From: Eubacteriales bacterium
Lineage (GTDB): Bacteria; Bacillota; Clostridia; Oscillospirales; QAKW01
DNA: 64,000 bases
Reading direction: 5' to 3'
Assembly: GCA_045636365.1 (NCBI GenBank)
Contig: JAZTXG010000013.1
Coordinates: 212,066-276,065, forward strand
In this document: positions 17,108 through 26,651 of the stretch, piece by piece
How the letters are laid out: each line of letters opens with the position of its first letter
How positions within the stretch are numbered: the first letter of the stretch is position 1
Made by a program: the position numbers and the translations under genes
The notes under the pieces: generated by a model
Database searches by the model: none
Told to the model about the DNA's origin: nothing
The model's input: the letters and a program-made list of their open reading frames with translations, nothing else

Positions 17108-18859
17108 TTATTGTTCGCCAAAACGATTTCTCTTCACATAGGTGGTATGAAGAACATCATGCGCCTTATGGCTTCCGGGCTGACCAAAGTAAGAATCATA
17201 CAATTCTTTGACAACGGGATTCTCATGGGATTTTCTGAGAGTCATAGCAGCATCGGTATCATAAAGAGCCTTTGCGCGCAGAGCACGAAGATCCTCATAG
17301 TTACGAACCGAAGCGGGCTGATAAGGCTGACCACCACCGTTGACGCAGCCACCGGGGCATCCCATAATTTCAATGAAAGTATAGTCTGCTTCGCCGGACT
17401 GAACTTTCTTGAGCAATTCTTTTGCATTTGCCAAACCGGAGCAAACAGCAACCTTGATTTCAAGATCGCCAACTTTATATGCAGCTTCTTTGATGCCGGC
17501 AGTACCGCGAACATCAGCAAACTCCAACTTGCCAAGCTCTTCGCCGGTCAGTTTTTCAACTGCGGTACGCAAAGCAGCTTCCATAACACCGCCGGTAGCG
17601 CCGAAGATCAAGCCTGCGCCGGAACCAACACCCAAAGGATGATCGAATTCGCTATCTTCCAATTTGGTAAAGGAGATACCGGCTCTCTTGATCATTCTGG
17701 CAAGTTCGCGGGTGGTGATGGAAATATCAACATCGGGAACACCGGCAGCGCTTTGGTCTTCACGACCGACTTCAAATTTCTTTGCAGTACAGGGCATAAC
17801 AGAAATGCTGACAATGTCCTTAGGATCAATATTATTCTTTTCCGCATAATAGGTCTTAATCACAGCGCCAAACATCTGCTGAGGAGATTTGCAGGAAGAA
17901 AGATTGGGGATCATTTCGGGGAAATAATGCTCGCAATATTTAATCCAACCGGGAGAGCAGGAAGTGATCATCGGCAGAACGCCGCCCTTCTGGACACGCT
18001 CGATCAGTTCGTTAGATTCTTCCATAATGGTAAGGTCGGCAGTAACATCGGTATCAAAAACCTTATCAAAGCCCAGCTTCTTAAGAGCAGTTACCATCTT
18101 ACCTTCAACATTGGTGCCGATAGGCATATCAAACGCTTCGCCCAAAGTTACGCGGATGGAAGGGGCAACCTGAACAACAACATGCTTGGTGGGATCTGCC
18201 AAAGCTTCCCAAACCTTATCGGTATCATCCTTTTCAGCCAAAGCGCCGGTGGGGCAAGCAACGATACACTGACCGCAGGATACGCAAGAGGTCAGACCCA
18301 GACCATCGTCGAAAGCGGAGCCGATGTGGGTGGCAAATCCGCGCTCATTTGCGCCGATAACAGAGACACCCTGCCACTTATCGCAGACAGCAACGCAACG
18401 ACGGCAAAGGATACATTTATTATTGTCGCGAACCATATGGACAGCGGAATCATCAACAGCAAATGTGTTCACATCGCCGTTGAACGCATCTTCCTTATCA
18501 ACACCATATTCGTTGCAAAGACGCTGCAATTCGCAAGAACCGGACCGAACGCAGGAAAGGCACTTCTTATCATGATCGGAAAGAATCAGTTCCAAAGTCT
18601 GCTTTCTTGCCTTCTGAACCATGGGACTATGGGTATATACATCCATACCTTCGGCAACCGGAAATACACACGCGGCTACCAGGCGACCCATACCGTTTAC
18701 TCTGTTTTCAACAACGCAAATACGGCAAGCACCAATCGCATTGATCTCTTTCAAAAAGCACAGAGTAGGAATATCAATGTTATTCATTCTGGCAGCTTCC
18801 AGAATCGTTGTACCGGCCGGTACGCTGACGGAAACGCCATTGATTTTTAAGTTAATCAT
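17108..18859 (-). CDS. hydA: [FeFe] hydrogenase catalytic subunit HydA (group A3, bifurcating type)
   Basis: N-terminal 2Fe-2S + multiple 4Fe-4S Cys motifs; H-domain motifs VMPCTAKKFE and EIMGCPGGCVNGGGQP; motif 1 reads TSCSPGW; follows nuoE/nuoF-like genes. Confidence 0.9.
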   Translation of the reverse strand: MINLKINGVSVSVPAGTTILEAARMNNIDIPTLCFLKEINAIGACRICVVENRVNGMGRLVAACVFPVAEGMDVYTHSPMVQKARKQTLELILSDHDKKCLSCVRSGSCELQRLCNEYGVDKEDAFNGDVNTFAVDDSAVHMVRDNNKCILCRRCVAVCDKWQGVSVIGANERGFATHIGSAFDDGLGLTSCVSCGQCIVACPTGALAEKDDTDKVWEALADPTKHVVVQVAPSIRVTLGEAFDMPIGTNVEGKMVTALKKLGFDKVFDTDVTADLTIMEESNELIERVQKGGVLPMITSCSPGWIKYCEHYFPEMIPNLSSCKSPQQMFGAVIKTYYAEKNNIDPKDIVSISVMPCTAKKFEVGREDQSAAGVPDVDISITTRELARMIKRAGISFTKLEDSEFDHPLGVGSGAGLIFGATGGVMEAALRTAVEKLTGEELGKLEFADVRGTAGIKEAAYKVGDLEIKVAVCSGLANAKELLKKVQSGEADYTFIEIMGCPGGCVNGGGQPYQPASVRNYEDLRALRAKALYDTDAAMTLRKSHENPVVKELYDSYFGQPGSHKAHDVLHTTYVKRNRFGEQ

Positions 18860-18876
18860 TTAATTTCAACCTCCCT

Positions 18877-20670
18877 TTACTTCTTGATGATAGCATCAAA
18901 CTTACACTTGCTGATGCAGACGCCGCACTTGATGCACTTATCCTGATCAATGGTATGCAGGTTCTTTACAGTACCTTCAATCGCATTAACAGGGCAGTTC
19001 CGTGCGCAAAGGGTACAACCCTTACATGCATCGGTAATCTCATAACGCATCAGGTCCTTACATACGCCAGCGGGGCAACGTTTCTCAAGAACATGCGCCT
19101 CATATTCATCGCGGAAATAACGCAAGGTAGAAAGAACAGGGTTCGGAGCGGTTTGACCCAAACCGCAAAGAGCATTGGCTTTAATGTAGTAGCAAAGCTG
19201 TTCCAGCTCATCGATATCCTTCATAGTTGCCTTGCCGGAGGTAATCTTTTCAAGATACTCAAGCATTCTCTTGGTACCGATACGGCAAGGAGTACATTTA
19301 CCGCAGGATTCATCAACGGTAAATTCCAAGAAGAACTTCGCGATATCAACCATACAGTTGTCTTCATCCATAACAATCAGACCACCGGAACCCATCATGG
19401 ACCCGATAGCGATCAAGTTATCATAGTCGATCGGTGTATCGATCAGAGAAGCGGGGATACAGCCGCCGGAAGGACCGCCGGTCTGAGCTGCCTTAAATTT
19501 CTTACCGTTGGGAATACCGCCGCCGATATCCTCGATAACTTCACGCAGGGTGGTACCCATGGGAATCTCAACCAAACCGGTGTTTGTGATCTTACCGCCC
19601 AAAGCGAAAACTTTGGTGCCCTTGGATTTTTCGGTACCCATCGAAGCAAACCACTCCGCACCGTTCAGAATGATCTGAGCAATGTTGGCGTAAGTTTCAA
19701 CGTTGCAGTTCATAGTGGGAATCTGGAAAATACCTTTTTCAGAGGGGAACGGCGGACGAGGGCGAGGCTCACCACGGTTACCTTCGATAGAAGTCATCAG
19801 AGCGGTTTCTTCACCGCAAACGAAAGCGCCGGCACCCAAACGAATTTCCATATCGAAATTAAAGTCGGTGCCAAAGATATTGTTGCCGAGCAAACCATAC
19901 TCACGAGCCTGGTTGATTGCGATCTGCAAACGGTTAACAGCAATAGGATATTCTGCGCGGATGTATACAAAGCCCTTGCAAGCGCCGACTGCATAAGCGG
20001 CGATTGCCATCGCTTCGATAACCGCATGGGGATCGCCTTCCAAGATGGAGCGATCCATAAATGCGCCCGGGTCACCTTCGTCTGCATTACAGCAAACATA
20101 TTTCACGTCTGCCACAGTGCGAGAAGCAAGATCCCATTTCAAGCCGGTGGGGAAACCGCCGCCGCCACGACCGCGCAAACCGGAATCTTTGATGGTTTGG
20201 ATAACCTCGGCGGGAGTCATTTCGGTAAGAACCTTACCCAACGCCTGATAACCATCATAAGCGATGTATTCATCGATGACTTCAGGATTGATAACACCGC
20301 AATTACGCAGAGCAACACGCTTTTGCTTCTTATAGAACTTTGTGTCGTTCAAAGAAGCGTGCACGCCCTTTTCTTCCATCTCGGCCACTTCACTGTAAAG
20401 ATATTTCTTCACAATACGACCTTTAACGATGTGTTCGGAAACGATTTCAGGAATTGCTTCTGCATCAACGCGGCTATAGAAGGAGCCTTCGGGATAGACA
20501 ATCATAATGGGACCCAAAGCGCAAAGACCGAAACAACCGGTCATAACAACCTTGACCTCATCCTGCAGATTATGTTTTTCCAATTCTGCATTCAGGGTAT
20601 CCATAACGCTCAAAGCGCCGGAGGATGTACATCCGGTACCGCCGCAAATCAAAATATGGTTTCTAATCAT
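18877..20670 (-). CDS. hydB: NADH-binding flavoprotein subunit HydB (NuoF-like)
   Basis: GRGGGGFPTGLKW FMN/NADH site, N-terminal thioredoxin-like 2Fe-2S, C-terminal 2x CxxCxxCxxxCP. Confidence 0.9.
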   Translation of the reverse strand: MIRNHILICGGTGCTSSGALSVMDTLNAELEKHNLQDEVKVVMTGCFGLCALGPIMIVYPEGSFYSRVDAEAIPEIVSEHIVKGRIVKKYLYSEVAEMEEKGVHASLNDTKFYKKQKRVALRNCGVINPEVIDEYIAYDGYQALGKVLTEMTPAEVIQTIKDSGLRGRGGGGFPTGLKWDLASRTVADVKYVCCNADEGDPGAFMDRSILEGDPHAVIEAMAIAAYAVGACKGFVYIRAEYPIAVNRLQIAINQAREYGLLGNNIFGTDFNFDMEIRLGAGAFVCGEETALMTSIEGNRGEPRPRPPFPSEKGIFQIPTMNCNVETYANIAQIILNGAEWFASMGTEKSKGTKVFALGGKITNTGLVEIPMGTTLREVIEDIGGGIPNGKKFKAAQTGGPSGGCIPASLIDTPIDYDNLIAIGSMMGSGGLIVMDEDNCMVDIAKFFLEFTVDESCGKCTPCRIGTKRMLEYLEKITSGKATMKDIDELEQLCYYIKANALCGLGQTAPNPVLSTLRYFRDEYEAHVLEKRCPAGVCKDLMRYEITDACKGCTLCARNCPVNAIEGTVKNLHTIDQDKCIKCGVCISKCKFDAIIKK

Positions 20671-20684
20671 TTTTTAAATCCCCC

Positions 20685-21059
20685 TTATTCTTCGTATGCA
20701 GCGATGGTCCATTCCTGAACAATCTTATTGTTGACGATATGTTCGGTTACCACCTTGGCCACCTTGTCCTCATCCATCTTGACATAGGTGGTCTTCACAC
20801 CGTCGGGAGTAGTGATCTCAACCACAGGCTCATAGCGGCAAATGCCGATACAGCCGGTCTGAGTACATACCACATTGCTCAGGCGACGATCTTCGATCTC
20901 TTTCAAAAAGGCATTCAATACCGGACGAGCGCCGGCAGCAATGCCGCAAGTTGCCATTCCGACAACGATACGAATGGTTTCTTCGCCATCGTTGGAACGC
21001 AACATAACATTATTCTGCATTCTTTCTTTAATCGCTTGCAATTCAGCTAAAGATTTCAT
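20685..21059 (-). CDS. Thioredoxin-like [2Fe-2S] ferredoxin
   Basis: 124 aa with ATCGIAAG ... CTQTGCIGIC Cys pattern. Confidence 0.7.
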   Translation of the reverse strand: MKSLAELQAIKERMQNNVMLRSNDGEETIRIVVGMATCGIAAGARPVLNAFLKEIEDRRLSNVVCTQTGCIGICRYEPVVEITTPDGVKTTYVKMDEDKVAKVVTEHIVNNKIVQEWTIAAYEE

Positions 21060-21611
21060 TTATATTTTTCCTCCTTGAATGTCTTCCAAATTCTCATAGA
21101 TATATTCTTTAATCCAATTTAAAACCATCGGTTCAGAGAGAGGCACATCGCCGAGCTGGGCGTGAAGGTCATCGGTATCCAAGAGAAACTCCCCTTGATC
21201 CGTCTTATGCTTATATACAAATCGGATACGATCGTTGGCTTGAATCAAACTAACGATCGTGCTGCTCATATCACCGATCGGCATACGATCCAGATGATCG
21301 ATCCGAAAAGACGCACAAACCGTTGTCCCCTCGCCCACCTTAGATGAAATGGAAAAAGAACCATCTGCGCTTTCGGCACTTTGCTTGAACAGCGGAATTC
21401 CAAGGCCAACCTTTCGCGTTGTCCTTGTTGTGACAAAAGGATCGGTCACTCCGCGAAGAAATTCCTCGTCCATTCCGCAGCCATCATCCCGAATCATTAT
21501 CTTGAGCAAATTCTCAGATTGCTGTTCGTCAACTGAAATTTCAATTGTCTCCGCTTTGGCTTTGATTGAATTATGAGTGATATCAAGAATATTGAGTGAT
21601 ATTTCCTTCAT
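21060..21611 (-). CDS. GHKL-type ATPase domain protein embedded in the hydrogenase operon
   Basis: IRDDGCGMDEEF (DxGxG) and GLGIPLFKQSAE...GEGTTV boxes of HATPase_c; no sensor or DHp domain. Confidence 0.65.
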   Translation of the reverse strand: MKEISLNILDITHNSIKAKAETIEISVDEQQSENLLKIMIRDDGCGMDEEFLRGVTDPFVTTRTTRKVGLGIPLFKQSAESADGSFSISSKVGEGTTVCASFRIDHLDRMPIGDMSSTIVSLIQANDRIRFVYKHKTDQGEFLLDTDDLHAQLGDVPLSEPMVLNWIKEYIYENLEDIQGGKI

Positions 21612-21617
21612 GAATGA

Positions 21618-22112
21618 TCAGTCCATATATTTTTTCAAAATTTCGGGGATATCACCAACGACCAAACGACCATAAACTTCTTCATTGATGGTCAAAACCG
21701 GAGCCAGACCGCATGCGCCGATGCAACGGGTGGCTTCAAGAGAAAACTTACCGTCGGCAGTACACTCACCAACATCAATGCCGATAATTTCCTTAATTTT
21801 GTTCAGGATATCACCGGACCCTTTAACATAGCAGGCGGTACCCAAGCAAACACCGATTTTGTATTTACCCTTGGGTGCCAGAGAAAATTGGGCGTAAAAG
21901 GTTACAACACCATAGATATGTTCCAAAGGAATATCCAATCCCTCAGAAATTATTTTTTGCACTTCGATGGGCAGATAGCCATAGATTTCCTGAGCCTCTT
22001 GCAGAACGGGCATCAAAGGACCGTCTTGATCCTTATGTTTTGCGATAACCGCTTGCAACATCTGCTCTTGCTCTTTTGTTCCATTGAACGGAACGGGACA
22101 CTTGTTGCTCAT
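21618..22112 (-). CDS. hydC: [2Fe-2S] subunit HydC (NuoE-like)
   Basis: VCLGTACYVKG ... RCIGACGLAPV NuoE cysteine pattern. Confidence 0.85.
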   Translation of the reverse strand: MSNKCPVPFNGTKEQEQMLQAVIAKHKDQDGPLMPVLQEAQEIYGYLPIEVQKIISEGLDIPLEHIYGVVTFYAQFSLAPKGKYKIGVCLGTACYVKGSGDILNKIKEIIGIDVGECTADGKFSLEATRCIGACGLAPVLTINEEVYGRLVVGDIPEILKKYMD

Positions 22113-22173
22113 TTTTTATCCTCCTTATGCTCACAACTGCGTCGCAGTAAATTGCAAATTTATAAACATTAAA

Positions 22174-22202
22174 ATTATATCATATATATAATCAAATTTC
22201 TA
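22174..22202 (-). promoter_or_regulatory. Candidate internal promoter for the hydC...hydA structural genes
   Basis: Minus strand TAGAAA-17 nt-TATAAT with extended TGn, in a 118-nt AT-rich gap. Confidence 0.45.
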
Positions 22203-22230
22203 CATATTTTTGAAATTAAGCACATATTTT

Positions 22231-22953
22231 TTAAGATTTTAAGTATTCGACCAAGGACTTTGCCGTTTTATCAGGGAGATTCAACATATTTTCGCCTGAA
22301 TGTTCTCCGATATCTTGCAGGTAATGTGCATCCGAATCATAAATGTACTTGTATGGTCTGGAACCAAGACCCGGGGTCCCTTCGATAAATCCTTCTTGTA
22401 CCCTTCTGGAAAGCTCAAACGTTTTAAAGCCCATATAATCACCAACCATACCAAAGTTTCCGACCAGACTCTTGGTTGCTTTATCGATATGCGCAGGAAC
22501 CGCCACACCGTTGTACTGCGCCAACAAAGACGGCAATCCGTCCAGCGATATAGACGTGGCATTAATTAAATAGCGGGGATCTTCGCCAACAATGCGGTCT
22601 TCTTCGTCCATCAGCAGTTGCTCGCCGAAAATCTCTTTTCTGTTCTCGATCAACGGCAACGAGGGGCGCACCACATCCTCCTCAAAGCGCAATACATCGC
22701 TCAAACTTGAGAATAAGCATAAAACGTGAATTTCTTCCGCTGTTTCCAGTTCCATTGCAGGAACAACAACGATTCCAGCTTCTTCCCCAACCTTTATGGT
22801 TGCGGCGACATTTCCCGCCGTATTATGGTCAGCGACAGCGATCATTTCCAGCCCGCAAACAAGAGCCATATTCACAATATTATTCGGCGTCATATCTGCG
22901 TCGCCACACGGCGATAACGCAGAATGAATATGAAAATCATACTTAATGTTCAT
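22231..22953 (-). CDS. PHP-domain phosphoesterase
   Basis: DFHIHSALSPCGD ... AVADHNT metal-binding His motifs. Confidence 0.7.
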   Translation of the reverse strand: MNIKYDFHIHSALSPCGDADMTPNNIVNMALVCGLEMIAVADHNTAGNVAATIKVGEEAGIVVVPAMELETAEEIHVLCLFSSLSDVLRFEEDVVRPSLPLIENRKEIFGEQLLMDEEDRIVGEDPRYLINATSISLDGLPSLLAQYNGVAVPAHIDKATKSLVGNFGMVGDYMGFKTFELSRRVQEGFIEGTPGLGSRPYKYIYDSDAHYLQDIGEHSGENMLNLPDKTAKSLVEYLKS

Positions 22954-23285
22954 TCGTTCAACGAGTTAAAAATTGCTATAGCAGTTTCATAGCTTGTCTT
23001 TTGCGAAGATAGCAAAATAACATCATTTTCCTTCGCTTTCAAAAGCGCCTTTTCATCCGGCCGAACTCCCTCGCTGAAAATGACACAAGGAAGTTCCGCC
23101 ATAACGGCAACAGCAATAACATTCGGATTGGACATCACTGTCACTAAAGCATCTGTCTCCTCGGCTCTGCCGATCACCCAGGAAAGCAAATCGCAGCAGT
23201 ATGCCCCTTTTACCAAAGCACCTTCTAATTCTTCGCCATTAAAATATGTAAATCCGCATGCCGAAGCAAGTTCATGAACATTCAT
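22950..23285 (-). CDS. DRTGG-domain protein
   Basis: 111 aa; pattern and context match the small DRTGG proteins found beside hydrogenase sensor genes. Confidence 0.55.
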   Translation of the reverse strand: MNVHELASACGFTYFNGEELEGALVKGAYCCDLLSWVIGRAEETDALVTVMSNPNVIAVAVMAELPCVIFSEGVRPDEKALLKAKENDVILLSSQKTSYETAIAIFNSLNE

Positions 23286-23301
23286 CTTTCGTTATTTTCC
23301 T

Positions 23302-24540
23302 TTATTTGTTTTTTAAAAGAATCAAGCAATCCGATTTTTTCGCGCTGCCGTTAATCACGTCTACCGCAAATGTATGGCAAGAGGGTGCGCCGCAAGCAGC
23401 GCAATCGATCCCGGGAAGTTGCTTTTCCAATTTTTGAATTTCTTGCATTTTTTGAAAAGCGCGCCCCAAATCAGTATCCAACTGCAAAACGGGATCATAC
23501 TCAATCGGTTTGTTGCAAAAATAATCTTCCAAAGGAAGTGAAAAATCCTTAATGCGATTATTGGATACCGGCATATATTTTCGCACTTGGCGAATCTTTG
23601 TCAGCGCAATATAAGGATTCTCAATATTCAAGCAACCGCCAACACATCCGGAGTTACAGGCGCCTAATTCGACGAAATCAAGATCCATCAATTTATCGTC
23701 CTCGATTTCTTCGAGAATCTTAATTACATTCTCCATTCCGTCTGCCGCAAGATAGCGGTTACGAAGCAAAGAGGTCGCTTCACCACCGGTATATGCCCAG
23801 GAAATTCCGGTCAATCCGGCTTCCGAAAGGGGTTTGGGTTGATCAATTTTGTTCATCGCATTTAACAGTGGTTTATAGATATCCGAAATTGCAAGAACGC
23901 CGTCTATTTCAGATACATTCGTTCCCAGCGGCTGACGTACAGCAGTAACCTTGGCGGGACAAGGCGAAACAAAGAAAACACCGATCTTCTCCGAAGGAAG
24001 ACCTGTCTTTTCAAGCGCTTCCTTGCGGGCAATGCCTGCCGCAATCTCAATCGGAGCACGCACCATCAAAAGATGGGGAATCAATTTCGGAAAACGAACA
24101 CGAATCAAGCGAACGATTGCAGGACACGCAGAAGAAATCAAGGGTTTAGGGCAGTCCGCTTCTTTTAATCGCTCGCGTGTGCATTCCGAAACTAATTCTG
24201 CAGCACGAGCCACTTCAAACACTTCATCAAAGCCGATGTCCAGCAACCCGTTTAATACGAAATCTATGTTTTCCAGATTGTTAAATTGGCCAAATAAAGC
24301 CGGTGCCGGCAATGCAATTTTATATTCAAAGTTTTTCAGTTGTTCAAGTTTGTCATACACCGCTTTTTTCGCATGGTGCGGACATACGCGAATGCATTCT
24401 CCGCAATCGATACAGCGCTCTTTGATAATCGTTGCCTTGCCGTTTTTGACACGTATTGCTTCCGTCGGGCAACGCTTAACGCAAGTTATACAACCCTTGC
24501 AACGCTCCGCATCTAATGTAACTGAATGGAAATAATCCAT
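23302..24540 (-). CDS. HydS-like putative sensory [FeFe] hydrogenase homologue (no PAS domain)
   Basis: 2x CxxCxxCxxxCP; H-domain variants SSACPAIV, VSPCPAKV, ELGACNSGCVGG; C-terminal CAACGAPSC-X16-C (Cx2Cx4Cx16C). Confidence 0.75.
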   Translation of the reverse strand: MDYFHSVTLDAERCKGCITCVKRCPTEAIRVKNGKATIIKERCIDCGECIRVCPHHAKKAVYDKLEQLKNFEYKIALPAPALFGQFNNLENIDFVLNGLLDIGFDEVFEVARAAELVSECTRERLKEADCPKPLISSACPAIVRLIRVRFPKLIPHLLMVRAPIEIAAGIARKEALEKTGLPSEKIGVFFVSPCPAKVTAVRQPLGTNVSEIDGVLAISDIYKPLLNAMNKIDQPKPLSEAGLTGISWAYTGGEATSLLRNRYLAADGMENVIKILEEIEDDKLMDLDFVELGACNSGCVGGCLNIENPYIALTKIRQVRKYMPVSNNRIKDFSLPLEDYFCNKPIEYDPVLQLDTDLGRAFQKMQEIQKLEKQLPGIDCAACGAPSCHTFAVDVINGSAKKSDCLILLKNK

Positions 24541-24554
24541 TTTCTCACCTCAAA

Positions 24555-24974
24555 TTAAATTTTGATAAGAATTGTCAATGTTGTCCCAACACCCGGGGTG
24601 GATTCAATTTTCAGGTCATCGGAATATTTTTTAATATTAGGCAACCCCATACCGGCGCCGAATCCGAGATTACGAACCTCCTCCGGAGCAGTTGAATACC
24701 CCTCCCGCATAGCAAGGTCAATATCCTTAATACCAGGGCCGCGGTCGGCTAAAATGATACGCACCGAATCCTGCGAAATCTCGACAGTAGCCTCCCCGCC
24801 TTCCGCATGGATCACCATATTGATTTCACCTTCATACATCGCAATGGAAACTCTGCGAATGACATCAGGAGAGAACCCAAGCTGTTTCAAAGTTTTTTTA
24901 GTGGCAGAAGAAGCTTCGCCGGCGCTGCCGAAGTCTTCCCCATCAACATGATATGTTAAAATAATCGGTTCCAT
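24555..24974 (-). CDS. Anti-sigma-factor-type Ser/Thr kinase-like GHKL protein (RsbW/SpoIIAB-like)
   Basis: 139 aa; DRGPGIKD and GFGAGMGLPN...GVGTTL ATP-lid boxes. Confidence 0.65.
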   Translation of the reverse strand: MEPIILTYHVDGEDFGSAGEASSATKKTLKQLGFSPDVIRRVSIAMYEGEINMVIHAEGGEATVEISQDSVRIILADRGPGIKDIDLAMREGYSTAPEEVRNLGFGAGMGLPNIKKYSDDLKIESTPGVGTTLTILIKI

Positions 24975-25330
24975 TATACTTTATCAATTCCTTCACTATA
25001 TAATCCGTTTGCATACAGCAAACCACAGGCGGTGTACATACGATACTTTGTAGCCATAATCATAATTCCGTTTTCTTCCGCCAAAGAAATTACCGATTCA
25101 TCCGGACGCTTTCCGCGAACAAATACAATGTATTTAATATCCATCATTTGCGCGGTACGTACTGTTTGGGGGTTCACAAGACCGGTCAGCAAAATGCTCT
25201 GATCCTTAACAAAAGCCAGAACATCGCTCATCATATCAGAACCACAAGCGTTCTTCGCTTCCCCATCCAGACCTTCTTCGCAGCAAAGGACCTCCGCATC
25301 TAATAATTCTTTTACCATCGATAATTTCAT
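24974..25330 (-). CDS. DRTGG-domain protein
   Basis: 118 aa; first gene of the regulatory block; 1-nt overlap with the kinase-like gene. Confidence 0.55.
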   Translation of the reverse strand: MKLSMVKELLDAEVLCCEEGLDGEAKNACGSDMMSDVLAFVKDQSILLTGLVNPQTVRTAQMMDIKYIVFVRGKRPDESVISLAEENGIMIMATKYRMYTACGLLYANGLYSEGIDKV

Positions 25331-25413
25331 TTTCCCTAACTCCTTATATGCAAAATATATTCTTCGAATAAATTATGCTAGTTTTTATTTTAACTAAAGC
25401 ATTTACACCAAAA

Positions 25414-25442
25414 ATTATATCACAAAAAATATCAAATGACAA
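25414..25442 (-). promoter_or_regulatory. Sigma-70-type promoter for the hydrogenase regulatory block
   Basis: Minus strand TTGTCA-17 nt-TATAAT with extended TGn. Confidence 0.6.
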
Positions 25443-25502
25443 CAGATTCGGTAATATAATAAATAATAATAGAAAAATAAACATCTTATAAGATTTTTTA
25501 AG

Positions 25503-25531
25503 TTGACAATCATAAAAATAATAATTATAAT
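25503..25531 (+). promoter_or_regulatory. Sigma-70-type promoter for serC-serA
   Basis: TTGACA-17 nt-TATAAT perfect consensus, 38 nt upstream of the serC ATG. Confidence 0.7.
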
Positions 25532-25569
25532 AGTATTTAATCAAAAAATTTAAGAAAGGTGAGCTTTAA

Positions 25570-26649
25570 ATGAGAGTTTACAATTTTTCCGCCGGTCCTT
25601 CCATGCTTCCTCTCGAAGTTCTTGAAAAGGCCGCAAAAGAAATGACAGAATATGGAACATCCGGTCAATCCGTTATGGAAATGAGTCATCGTTCCAAAGA
25701 GTATGGTGCTATCATTGAATCTGCGGAAAGCCTTCTTCGCAAAGTTCTTTCCATTCCCGATAACTATGAAGTTCTCTTCCTGCAAGGCGGCGCTTCCAGC
25801 CAATTTGCAATGATTCCTTTGAACTTGATGACTAAGAACGGTAAGGCCGACTATGTTATCACCGGTCAATGGGCGAAAAAAGCCTATAAAGAAGGCTGCC
25901 GTTACGGAGAATGTAGAGCAGTTGCTTCCAGCGAAGATAAAACCTTCTCATATATCCCCGAATTGAACAGCGATGATTTTGATAAAGATGCAGATTACTT
26001 CCATATCTGCTACAACAATACTATTTACGGAACCAAATTCTATAAATTGCCCGAAACCGGCGATGTACCCTTGGTGGCCGATATGTCCTCCTCCATTTTA
26101 AGCGAAGAGATCGATGTATCTAAATTCGGTATGATCTATGCCGGCGCACAAAAGAATATGGGGCCTGCAGGGTTGACCGTTGTTATCATCCGCAAGGATC
26201 TGATTGGCGAACCCCAGGAGATCACTCCGACCATGTTTAAATATTCCACCCATTCCGAAAATGGTTCTATGTTCAACACTCCGCCTACATATGCCATCTA
26301 TATTTTGAAGTTGGTTCTGGAATGGATCGAAAACCTTGGCGGAATCAAGGTTCTCGAGGAGCAAAACAAACGTAAAGCAAATCTCCTTTACGATTTCTTG
26401 GATCAATCCGAGATGTTCCACCCCACCGTTATGGGCGAATCCCGCTCTTTGATGAACGTTCCGTTTATTACCGGCAACGACGAATTGGATAAGAAGTTCA
26501 TCGCTGAATGTACAAAGAACGGATTTGTCAACATCAAAGGCCATCGTTCTGTCGGCGGTATGCGCGCCAGCATCTATAATGCAATGCCCTATGAAGGCGT
26601 TGAGGCTTTAGTGAACTTTATGAAGAAATTTGAAGAGGAAAACAAGTAA
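25570..26649 (+). CDS. serC: Phosphoserine aminotransferase
   Basis: MRVYNFSAGPSMLPLEVLEKA...SHRSKEY...GAQKNMGPAGLTVVI. Confidence 0.9.
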   Translation: MRVYNFSAGPSMLPLEVLEKAAKEMTEYGTSGQSVMEMSHRSKEYGAIIESAESLLRKVLSIPDNYEVLFLQGGASSQFAMIPLNLMTKNGKADYVITGQWAKKAYKEGCRYGECRAVASSEDKTFSYIPELNSDDFDKDADYFHICYNNTIYGTKFYKLPETGDVPLVADMSSSILSEEIDVSKFGMIYAGAQKNMGPAGLTVVIIRKDLIGEPQEITPTMFKYSTHSENGSMFNTPPTYAIYILKLVLEWIENLGGIKVLEEQNKRKANLLYDFLDQSEMFHPTVMGESRSLMNVPFITGNDELDKKFIAECTKNGFVNIKGHRSVGGMRASIYNAMPYEGVEALVNFMKKFEEENK

Positions 26650-26651
26650 TT

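Noticed and set aside
17111-20718. Two very long plus-strand ORFs (579 aa at 17111..18850 and 587 aa at 18955..20718) that mirror hydA and hydB almost end to end
   Set aside because: They lie exactly antisense to genes with unmistakable hydrogenase/NuoF motifs. Their translations are low-complexity with no motifs or RBS. Stop-free antisense frames are an expected by-product of strong codon bias that avoids TTA/CTA/TCA in highly expressed genes.
25344-25869. ORFs 25344..25544 and 25537..25869 in or around the hyd/serC intergenic region
   Set aside because: The first lies in an extremely AT-rich spacer that holds two back-to-back consensus promoters. The second is antisense to the serC 5' end. 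Both have implausible composition.
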